Shown here one piece after another: positions 1 to 9,000 of a stretch of DNA of 64,000 bases. Source of the stretch: Candidatus Krumholzibacteriota bacterium (GTDB taxonomy: Bacteria > Krumholzibacteriota > Krumholzibacteriia > JAJRXK01); assembly GCA_963727455.1 (NCBI GenBank), contig CAVSGG010000008.1, positions 64,001 through 128,000 on the forward strand. The letters run 5' to 3'. The translations under genes and the position numbers were made by a program. Positions within the stretch are counted from its first letter, which is position 1. Each line of letters starts with the position of its first letter. Under the pieces are notes generated by a model. It was not told the origin of the DNA, ran no database searches, and saw only the letters and a program-made list of their open reading frames with translations.

Positions 1-860
1 CGCAGGACGCGGCGCAACATGCCCAGGCTGTCGGCCTGCACGGTGAAGCTCAGGGGAATGCGTCCGCCTCCTTTGGGCCAAGAGAAGCTGAGAGAATCCG
101 GGCCTGCACCACCCTGCAAGATGGCGCTCGCGTGTCCGGCATTGGCGGATTCCACCACCGCCTCGGCCGTGATTTCGATCTCATCGCCGCGGTAAGCCAC
201 GGTAGGGTAGTGAACACGATCGAGTCGCAGATCTCCGGGACCATTGCTGTCACCAACGGCAATCGTGAATACCGGAACACTGAGACCGCGCAGTGAGGGC
301 AGCTCGGGGTCCGTGCTTCTTCCGTCACTCAGTAGCAGGATCGCCTGCAGGTTGTCCTCCAGGTGAGATTGAGCTGCGGACAAGAGAAGCGCGGGTAGAT
401 TGGTTCCCTCCTTTGAGCCCGTCTGCAGATCACGATGCAGTCGGCGCGATCCCTCCGAGTCGAAAACCTGCGGCTTTTCTCGTCGCCCGGCTAGTTGCCT
501 TTGGGCAAGTTCGGCCAAGCTGCGGGCATCCTGGAGACGCGTCGAACCATCGCGGGACTTCAGTGTCATACTTCCACTGTCGTCCACGAGCGTGAGCACC
601 GACGGCGGAAGCTGCTTGCTGTGACGCGAGAAGAGAACAGGTTCGAGAATCAGGAACAACAAGATGAGAAGTGCGCCAGCGCGCAGAGCACGCAGAATCC
701 AGCGTCGGTTCGCGCTGAGCGAGGGCTGCGTGCGGTAGTAAGCGAGATACGAGACCGCAAGACCGACGAGCAGCAGCAGGACGACCAATGACCAGTCGAA
801 AGCGCCCCTCGGCCAGACACTCAGTTTTGCCAGAGGGAGAGAAAGGGATGAGAGGGTCAC
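1..860 (-). CDS. VWA-domain membrane protein (5' part; runs off the window's left edge)
   Basis: Frame translated by hand, absent from the ORF track. Two N-terminal TM segments (WSLVVLLLLVGLAVSYLAYY...ILRALRAGALLILLFLILEP), MIDAS-type DDSGSM, GTNL, ILLLSDG and PVFTIAVGD. The GTG start at 860 is tentative. Confidence 0.8.
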   Translation of the reverse strand, partial: MTLSSLSLPLAKLSVWPRGAFDWSLVVLLLLVGLAVSYLAYYRTQPSLSANRRWILRALRAGALLILLFLILEPVLFSRHSKQLPPSVLTLVDDSGSMTLKSRDGSTRLQDARSLAELAQRQLAGRREKPQVFDSEGSRRLHRDLQTGSKEGTNLPALLLSAAQSHLEDNLQAILLLSDGRSTDPELPSLRGLSVPVFTIAVGDSNGPGDLRLDRVHYPTVAYRGDEIEITAEAVVESANAGHASAILQGGAGPDSLSFSWPKGGGRIPLSFTVQADSLGMLRRVL

Positions 861-1068
861 CGCGAATCCACTGCTCCGGGAAGGCTCTTGAAAGAGTCGG
901 GGTGCGGGGCTGGCCCGAGGTCCACGCGTGTTCCCCCGCGGCGAGGACGAGAATTATCCGTGGAGGACTTGCTGAATACTCTACATACGATCGGACCGGA
1001 TTCGCCACCCGGAAACAAAAGCGCCGGCGTAGGTAGCCGGCGCTTCGAGGCTCAGGAAGGCAGTTTTC

Positions 1069-1428
1069 TCAAGTCGTTGCTGATGCGCTCACGGCTTCTT
1101 CCACCGTCGCGAAGGCCTCGAGGATGTTCTGGAACTCCAGCAGTTCGAACACTTCGTAGACGTCGGGAACCATACCGACCAAGCGCAGGTCGCCGCCGTT
1201 CTCCCGGATCTCGCGAATGACGCTGATGAAAATACCCCAGCCAGCCGAGGAGATGTAGGAGACCCGGGAAAGGTCCACGATGATCTTGTAGCGCTTCGAC
1301 TGAATCAGGGACTTTATTTCCTTCTCGAATTCGGCCGAGGTGGTCGTGTCGATGTAGCCTGCCACCTCCAGGACCTGCTGATCCGGGCAGGATTCGTGCG
1401 CCTTCGAAATGACCATGATCCCATCCAT
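1069..1428 (-). CDS. STAS-domain anti-sigma factor antagonist (RsbV/SpoIIAA family)
   Basis: GYIDTTT, IIVDLSRVSYISSAGWG with the conserved phospho-acceptor Ser, and VYEVFELL; 119 aa. Confidence 0.93.
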   Translation of the reverse strand: MDGIMVISKAHESCPDQQVLEVAGYIDTTTSAEFEKEIKSLIQSKRYKIIVDLSRVSYISSAGWGIFISVIREIRENGGDLRLVGMVPDVYEVFELLEFQNILEAFATVEEAVSASATT

Positions 1429-1484
1429 CGAAAGCCCGTCTCTTTCTCTACTTGAGCTACTTTAGCAAAGCTGTTGTAGCATAA

Positions 1485-4007
1485 CTAGTTACGTGTTTTT
1501 TCCAATCCGGCGTCTACGGACTCCGTCCCCGCTTCCTGCGACGCCGGCGGTTGCTCTTCATCCGTGTGCAAGCTTCGGTCCAAGCCAAGGCCGTGATCGG
1601 CCCGATTCTCTTCGGGTGCGCCCTCCTGGGGATCCAGGCCCCGGCGCCGCAAATAGAGGCGTCGTTTGGGCTCGTTGCTGAGGTCCAGGCGTACGAGTTC
1701 GTCGTAGACCATCTTGGCATTGGCCTCGTGGCCCCGCTCGCTCAGGCGATCGGCCAGGCGTTTGGCACCCAGACTTGGATCCGTCCGCACGAGCTCGACC
1801 ATCGCCTCGCGCCCCTCGACGGTGAGGCGGCGCAAACCCGCCTGGGAGGCCCGGCCAGCGAGGGCCTCCTCGCCACCCAGCTCGCGCATTCGCCGCCAGC
1901 GGTAGTACGTGGAGACGGAGGTACCATAGGTCCCGCAGGCCTCCTCGATGCTCATCCCCTCGACTTCCACCATGTCCAGTAGGCGTTGTCGCCGCTCGAT
2001 CTCCAACGAGGCCGGTCGTAGCTTCTCCTTCACCGCAACCACCGTGATGTCGTCGTTTTGCGCGTTGCCTCCGGTGAAGGCGGCAATGTCATCATTGAAG
2101 GCAGCAATGAACTCTTCAGCTGTCCGGCCCGCGTTCTTGCGCACGCACTCGATGAGACGCTGCTCGCCGTACTGTTCCCGCGCAGCGTTCATCGCCTCGG
2201 TCACGCCATCGGTGTAGATGAGGAGCAAATCGTCTTGCTGCAGCTGGACCTTCTCCACCTCGATCGTCTTGGAGAACAGCTCTGGATCGGGCAGCGAAAT
2301 TCCTACCGGGAATCCGGCCGGATTCAAGAAGAAGACCTCGTCGGTTTCAATGCGATACAGGAGCATCGGGTTGTGGCCGGCCGAGGAGTAACTGATCACG
2401 CGATTCCGCGAGTCGAGAATGATGTAAAAGAGGGTGATGAACATGCCACGGCGCATGTCCTCGGTGATGAAGGTGTTGACGCGGCTCATTACGTCGCTGG
2501 CCGAGTGATTTCCCCTGGCCTCCATGCGCATGGCGGTGCGGATCATGGTCATCACCAGGCTACCGGGGATTCCTTTCCCCGAGACGTCCGCGACCACGAT
2601 TCCCACTGTGTCCTCGTCCACCGCGAAGAAATCGTAATAGTCGCCGCCGACTTCCGCCGCTGCGCGATACATCGCGGCGATCTCGTATCCGGACAGTTCC
2701 GGCATCGCGGTTGGCAGCAGGGTGTGCTGAATCTCCCGCGCGAGTTGCATTTCCTTTTGGAGGCGTTCCTGCTCGACCAGATGCGATTGCGCATGGCGGA
2801 ACTTGGACGCAATTTCATTGAATGCAGCCGCGATGGTGGAGATCTCCTCGGGGCCGTGCACCTCGATGTTCTGCTCGAGCACCCCGTCACCGATCGCGAG
2901 CACGCCCTCGGTGAGCTGCTGGATGGGACGAACGAAGAGATTCACCATCACGAGGATGAGCAGGATACCCACCAGCAAGATGACCAGTCCGATTCCCATG
3001 GCGTGTAGAAGGGCCGCGCGATATCGCCGCTCCAGGTCCGAGGTCTTCAGTCCCAACACCACCCGTCCCAATTCGACTCTCTTCCCGGAGGGCCCTTGGA
3101 TGCTCACCGGGTAGTTCAGCTGGAGCACCCGTCCTGAGTCGAACTGGATACGCGTCCACGCTCCCGAATTCTCTCCGTGGTCGATGAGTCGACCGGGCTC
3201 GGGGTGCCAGGCGTTGAAGAGATCGTCCAGCACACTATCGGCCCAGATGCTGCCATCGGTGCCGTGCACCACGCGCGCGAAGGCGATGGTGGAATCGTGA
3301 CGCGCGAGTTCAGTGACGCTCTGCTGCAGAAGCGTTCGTTCCACCGAATAGGGATCGCTGCTGGCAAGCACGCTCCTGGACTGCACGGCCAGGTCGCGCG
3401 CGGTCGCCTCGATACGGCTGAGCTCTTGGTCGAAGATCGTCTGCCGTTGGCGATAATGCACGACCGAGAGAGCGAGAATCACCAAGAGCGCCAGACCGAA
3501 GGAGGCGCGTAGGGTGAACCGCATCCTCAAGCTACGGTGAAGAGCGGAGAACTGGATTCCCGGAATCCAGCGGTCGATGGGCGGACGCCGGTCCATGCAC
3601 ATTCGGAGCTCGTTGCTTCCGTCCGTGGTCGTGTAAATCACCTCATCCATGATCCGATTGATGAGGTAGATCCCGAGTCCTCCACGTTTCCCGATCGCCA
3701 CGTAATGGTCCAGGTCCGGTACCGCCACCGAGCCAAAGTCGAAAGACTCGCCGGTGTCCTTCAGGACGATCTCCACCTGACCGGAGAAGTACTTCACCTG
3801 GATGGCGATCTCACCGCCCTGATTGTGATAGGAATGCTGGATGATGTTCGTGCAGGCTTCGTCGACCGCGAGTTTGAAGTTGGCGGTGTCCGCCGGATCG
3901 AATCCGGCCTGCATGCAGATGCGTGCCACGAAATCGCGTACCTGAGCCAGATGACTCTCGCGGGCCTCGATTACGAGCTCCGCCGTCTTGATCCGGCTGC
4001 CGATCAC
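1485..4007 (-). CDS. Membrane partner-switch protein: RsbW-like HATPase + 2 TM/sensor + HAMP + SpoIIE PP2C phosphatase + C-terminal HTH
   Basis: LAVDEACTNIIQHSY, D.G..FD and GGLGIYLI (anti-sigma kinase); VGGDYYD, VADVSGKG, SAGHNP, YTDGVTE and DDITVV (PP2C). The GTG start at 4007 overlaps the upstream stop (GTGA). Confidence 0.9.
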   Translation of the reverse strand: MIGSRIKTAELVIEARESHLAQVRDFVARICMQAGFDPADTANFKLAVDEACTNIIQHSYHNQGGEIAIQVKYFSGQVEIVLKDTGESFDFGSVAVPDLDHYVAIGKRGGLGIYLINRIMDEVIYTTTDGSNELRMCMDRRPPIDRWIPGIQFSALHRSLRMRFTLRASFGLALLVILALSVVHYRQRQTIFDQELSRIEATARDLAVQSRSVLASSDPYSVERTLLQQSVTELARHDSTIAFARVVHGTDGSIWADSVLDDLFNAWHPEPGRLIDHGENSGAWTRIQFDSGRVLQLNYPVSIQGPSGKRVELGRVVLGLKTSDLERRYRAALLHAMGIGLVILLVGILLILVMVNLFVRPIQQLTEGVLAIGDGVLEQNIEVHGPEEISTIAAAFNEIASKFRHAQSHLVEQERLQKEMQLAREIQHTLLPTAMPELSGYEIAAMYRAAAEVGGDYYDFFAVDEDTVGIVVADVSGKGIPGSLVMTMIRTAMRMEARGNHSASDVMSRVNTFITEDMRRGMFITLFYIILDSRNRVISYSSAGHNPMLLYRIETDEVFFLNPAGFPVGISLPDPELFSKTIEVEKVQLQQDDLLLIYTDGVTEAMNAAREQYGEQRLIECVRKNAGRTAEEFIAAFNDDIAAFTGGNAQNDDITVVAVKEKLRPASLEIERRQRLLDMVEVEGMSIEEACGTYGTSVSTYYRWRRMRELGGEEALAGRASQAGLRRLTVEGREAMVELVRTDPSLGAKRLADRLSERGHEANAKMVYDELVRLDLSNEPKRRLYLRRRGLDPQEGAPEENRADHGLGLDRSLHTDEEQPPASQEAGTESVDAGLEKTRN

Positions 4008-6019
4008 TTGGGTCCACCCTCTCGGCCAGTGTCCTGCTCGATGCGTTCGATCCTTGCCTTGGCTTCGGCAATATTGTTTTGGGCGCCCTGGTTTCCAGGA
4101 TCGACCTTGAGAATTTGCTCCCACTGCCGAATCGCCTCTTCGTAGTTGCCCTCGGTGAAGGAACGCAGTCCCGCCAGATAATACTGACGCACCTGCTTCT
4201 CCTCACTCGGACTGAGCCTAGTCGGTCCGGATTTGCGGTGGGCGATCTGATCGAGAAGGGCCAGCGCCTGAGCGTGCTTGGGCTCACGCTTCAGGACCTC
4301 ATGGCACAGCGCTTCAGCTTGGTCCAGTTCACCTTTCGAGAATGCCTCGAGTGCCTGGGTGAAGCGTCGCTCCTGCGCGAGCTCGCCGCGGGCGCGCTCG
4401 GCATCGGCCTGCGCTTGTTCGCTCTCGTGACGCGCAGCATCCAGCTTCGCCTTCCATCGTTTCAGGGCGGCAGCGGGAGCGGGATTCTCCGGATCGAGAG
4501 AGGCCACGACGCTCCAAGCGTTCAGCGCGGATTCCCAATCGCCCGCCTCTTCCGCCGCGGTGGCTTTGGAGGTGGCGGTGGCCATCGCACTGGCCTCGAG
4601 GTCCTCCACCTGCAGGGTGAGTCGCGGCAGCATGGGATAGTCCGCCGCGAGTTCGCTGAGAGCGTTCAGCTCCGCTCGGGCCCTCAATGCGTCATTCTGG
4701 TTCAGAGCGGCCCGAACTTGAGTTTCCGCGTCTTCGATCCGAAGCGCGCGGCGCTGCTCGTCGGCTTTCTGCCTGCCAACGCGCTGCTCCAGATCCTGCA
4801 GGCTTGCCAGCTGGGTCGAGAGAGAGTCGTCGGCCACTCCGAGGCTGCGCGCCCGCGCCAGGCTCCTTTGCGCGTCCGGTAGAGAACCGCGGCTCAGGGC
4901 GTCCTGGAATTCCTGCACCGCGCTCTCAATCTGTGATTTGCGCCAATTCTCCACCGCCTCCATGCGGGCCTGCATCAGCTCTTTGGCCCGCAGCTCGTCG
5001 CGGTGACGGCGACGATCCTTCATGTCCTGGCCGAAGTACCAGGAAAGGCTCAAGAACTGCGAGGAACCCAGTTCTCCGCCCGAGCGAAATGCGTAATCCA
5101 GGGAGTAGTCGCGCCAACGGCCGCCCAAGCCGGCGTTGAAATGACCGTCGTCGTAACTCAGGCGCAGAGTGTAGAGTCCTTCATACTCAGCCTCCGCGCC
5201 CAATCCGAGACGATTGTCGGCGTACTGTGGTTTGTCGTAGACCGCCGCTAACTGGACCGTCGTATTCTCACTGAAATCATACCGCTTGCTGAACGCAAAG
5301 CGTTGGGCATAGGGGAGCTTGTCTTCACGCTCGATCAGGCGGAAGCTCGGGGCGATCAGATTTTGGTATACGAAAGAGACCCGTACCCCCCCGAGACGCG
5401 GAGGAACCCAGGCGAGTCCCAGGTCCATGCCGCCACTGGTGCTCTTCTCGCCCAGATCCAGGCTGTGGATCTTGGCGCTGGTGCCGAGATCGAGTCGGCC
5501 ACCCAGGTAGGGCAGCCTTCCCCCGTATCCATAGCTCAAGAGAAGTTGGGTCTCACCGTAGCTGATGCTTCCGGTGGGTCGACTCGTGCTATCGTAAGTC
5601 TCGATGTCACCCAATTTGAGCCGCAGGATGCCGATACCGAAGCCCCCCGCGTTCAGAGTTGGGTAGGCAAGTCCCAAGTAGCCGTAGGTCGCGCCGCCGT
5701 CGAGACCATAGAGACGGTTGTAACTGAAGGTGAGCTGTGAACCACGCGCATGGGGCAAGAGCGCCGGATTCCAGAAACAGGCGCTCGCATCATCGGCCAG
5801 CCCCACCATGGTTGATCCCAAACCCACTCCGCGCGCAGTCGGACCCAGCTTGAATATGGACTCCGTTCCTCCTCCGTCGCCGGCAGCACTCGCGGAGCTT
5901 GCCGTAAGGAAACAGCCGAGCAGAAGCATCAGAGCGGCTACGCTCAGCGTTCCGCATGCGCTCTTGTGGAGAGAGGAACGCGGCGCGGTGAACTCGGGGA
6001 TGGGGCAGCCGGGCTTCAT
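4004..6019 (-). CDS. PorV-like outer-membrane beta-barrel fused to coiled-coil/TPR C-terminus
   Basis: Signal peptide; ARGVGLG...DDASACFWNPA PorV/FadL-like N-terminal motif; barrel end DYAF...SLSWYF; TPRs (GNYEEAIRQWEQILKVDPGN). ATGA overlap with the upstream gene. Confidence 0.8.
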   Translation of the reverse strand: MKPGCPIPEFTAPRSSLHKSACGTLSVAALMLLLGCFLTASSASAAGDGGGTESIFKLGPTARGVGLGSTMVGLADDASACFWNPALLPHARGSQLTFSYNRLYGLDGGATYGYLGLAYPTLNAGGFGIGILRLKLGDIETYDSTSRPTGSISYGETQLLLSYGYGGRLPYLGGRLDLGTSAKIHSLDLGEKSTSGGMDLGLAWVPPRLGGVRVSFVYQNLIAPSFRLIEREDKLPYAQRFAFSKRYDFSENTTVQLAAVYDKPQYADNRLGLGAEAEYEGLYTLRLSYDDGHFNAGLGGRWRDYSLDYAFRSGGELGSSQFLSLSWYFGQDMKDRRRHRDELRAKELMQARMEAVENWRKSQIESAVQEFQDALSRGSLPDAQRSLARARSLGVADDSLSTQLASLQDLEQRVGRQKADEQRRALRIEDAETQVRAALNQNDALRARAELNALSELAADYPMLPRLTLQVEDLEASAMATATSKATAAEEAGDWESALNAWSVVASLDPENPAPAAALKRWKAKLDAARHESEQAQADAERARGELAQERRFTQALEAFSKGELDQAEALCHEVLKREPKHAQALALLDQIAHRKSGPTRLSPSEEKQVRQYYLAGLRSFTEGNYEEAIRQWEQILKVDPGNQGAQNNIAEAKARIERIEQDTGREGGPK

Positions 6020-9000
6020 CGTGTCACCGCGATTCTAAAGTAGATCTCCCGTCCGGCCGCGCGCACACGGCAGAGGTAGACTCCATTCCGCACCTCTTGA
6101 CCGAGACCGTTTCGCCCGTCCCAGAGCACGTCGCCGTCGTGAATCCCCGGCTCGGTTTCAGGACTGCCGTTGGCAAAACTCCACTGGCGAACTCGCTTTC
6201 CCAAAAGATCGAAGATCTCGATCTCGACCGGGCCGCTCTCGGGAAGCGAATACGAGAGGGTGGCGGGCTGCCGGCTCGGAACGAAGGGATTGGGGTAGCT
6301 ATGTGCATCCAGTTCGGAAGACGCTTTCGCCGTGACACTGTGGCCAGCCAAGATGAGCGAATGGCCGCCTCCCTCTACGTCGAGCAAGGCGTAGCTGAGC
6401 TCAAATCCTCCGGAGTCCAGAATCGAAGCACTACCGCCATCCACCGCGAAACGGAATGAGACGTAGCCCGCGTCGGATTTGGCCTGCGCTCCCACTCGGA
6501 ACGCAGCCGAGGTGTCCGAATCGATGACCAGATCTACAGGAATACTCACCGGATTTCCGCCGACCGTCGCACTCCAGCTTCCCGTGCCGTCGGTACGCCG
6601 CACCTGAATGGTCTGCAAGAAGCTCGAGGGATCGGCGAAAGGCTGTCCTGCGTCGTCGACCAGTGTCAGCTCGAGCTGGGTGAAGTGCACCGCTTCGGGA
6701 TGCCCGTTGCTGAGATGCATTGCCAAGCGCTCGTAGATGCGATCGCTGCCGATCAGCGGGCCCGTGTCGCTCAAATCACTGATCGTGAGCCGCAGAGGGT
6801 CTGCCAGGATCGAGAGCGCGACAGTGCTCTCGGCCGTCGATTCTCCAGCTGCCAGTCCGCTGTTTTCGTCCACCGGGATCTGCTCAGCCGTCAGAGTAAT
6901 CTTCTGCACCCCAAGGTCCAGACTCATGGGACCCTGGACTCTCCACACGAATTGGTCACTGGGATCGGCAAGGTCGACGCTGGCCGGCTGGCCATCGAGA
7001 ATGGTGAAACCGGAGGGCACCGAAAGGTGAAGACGCGCCGGTCCCAGAACCTGGGCGCTGCCACTGAGCGCGAAATCTCCGCGAAGCTCGACGACCGCTC
7101 CCGGCGGTAGTTCGCCTCGATCGCGCGCGCTGTTGGGCTCGAGAATCGCGAGACGGGGAACCGCATGCGCAGCTTCCACGATGTCCAGAGCCGAACTCGC
7201 ACAGGTGTCCGCCAACACACTGCCACTCTGCACGTCGGTGGCGTGAGCCACCGTGCGCAGCAGGAGGCCGGAAACCGGCGTGCTCGAACAGAGCAGCTGC
7301 CAACTCACCGTCGTCTGTCCAGGCACCATCTCTTGACGCGCATTCCCGCCAACGAGCGCCAACTGTGGCGGCAAGAGCAACTCGAGGGAGCGCTGCTGCA
7401 AATTCGCCGGCCCGTCCACTTCCCCTTGCAGGGTGAAGGTCTGCCCCGTGCTCAAGACCGTATCCTGAGCCCCCTGGGGTGAGAGAATGCTCAAGCCGCA
7501 GGAGTTGAAGGAGACTCCGCCAAACACCTCGACTTGCAGGGTTTGGCTGGACGCCGTGGTGAGCGGCCGCGCATCGGGATCGTTGACGTCCAGGTCCACC
7601 CGCGACAGCTCCGCCACCAGCTCGGCGGTCTGGGCCGTCGCAGGAGCCACGAGTTGAATGGTGGCTTGGGGATTGGAGGGATCGAGCTGGACTGGGAGAG
7701 TGCTCTGGGAGTCCAGAGTAAAACCCTGCAAACTGCTGAAATCGACCTGGACGGGCAACCAGGATCCCGATTCCTGTAGGGAGTTGTTCTCATCCAGAGC
7801 GAAACGGACCGAAATGACCTGGCCTGGCGATACGGACATGGTGAGGGGATCGAGGCTGTCCACGAGTTCGGCGTTGAAGCTGAGAGAGACCGGCTGTTGA
7901 ACCTGAAGATTCGCGAGATCGTCCAGGGGAGTCTGCGGAATGATTTCCTGCTGGGTGGTGGATGACAGAGCGCGCACGATGGAAACGCGCAGCGATTCGG
8001 GACCCGGAGATGTCGTGACGGTCGTATCGAAGTAGAGGGTATCGACTTCACTGGATTGCAGTCGTGGAATCAAGATATCCGCCGCGCTCGAAGCGGGTAC
8101 TGCGCTCCCGCCGAGACGCACGGTCAGCGAATCGATGGCCTCGCCGGCGTTGTTACCCACGACCACTCGCACCGGAATGAGCTGGCCGGTGTTCACCTGG
8201 GTGAGAGGGGCGCTCGGATTTAGAGCTACGGTGGAGAGAATGCGCAATCCGGCCGGGTCGAAGAGCGAGAGCGTTCCGTCGGGTAGGGCCAGATCGGTGC
8301 TGAATGGCAGACCATTCTGCGTACCCCGCACTTGGAGGTATCCCTGCGGAGTGCCCAGTGCCAGATCCGAGGGTAGGCTCAGGGGGGAGAAAGCGAGTTG
8401 GGTGCTGCCGGTGGTCAGTTTCGACGGCCCAAGAGGATCCAGTACGGCCCCGATTCTCGTCCCCTGAGGCTCACCGAAGTTGAAGCGCGTCGCGAGGGGA
8501 TCGAGGACGATCTCCGCCTCTCCCTGGTTCTGCAGAGAGAGCTTGAACGCGACCGTCGATCCACGCAACGCCGAGGCCGGTTCGAGAGGAGTCGGTACAA
8601 GCGCGAGATTGGCCGGGGTTTCGGTGGTGATCGCGCCTGCTCCGATGAGATCCGCGGAGAAAGCAAAGCTGTTCTCGGTGCCCTCCAAGTGCAGTTGAAG
8701 ATCCTGACTTCGACTCCCTAAAGCCGCGTCAACGGGCGTGGGGCCAAAGCTGAGTTCCGCTTCCTGGCCGGGCGCGAGAGCGAGAGATGTGGTCAACGCG
8801 CCGCTCCAGAGCCCGCCTCCGAAGCTCGCAAGGGAAGTCGCCGGGTTCAGAGAGACCGTGGCGCCGCCGTTGTTCTTGACCCGCGCCTTCAACAGCAGAT
8901 CGGCTCCGTAGTGGATTCGGGAGGGACTCACGCTGCCGTCCACGAACTCGAGCTGTGAGGCCGCACTTACCAACAGCGGAGTAGCCGATGAGTCCGGTGG

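Noticed and set aside
1640-2030. IS element insertion
   Set aside because: Only an in-frame HTH region is present. No DDE domain, terminal inverted repeats or target duplication were seen, so it is reported as a domain fusion.
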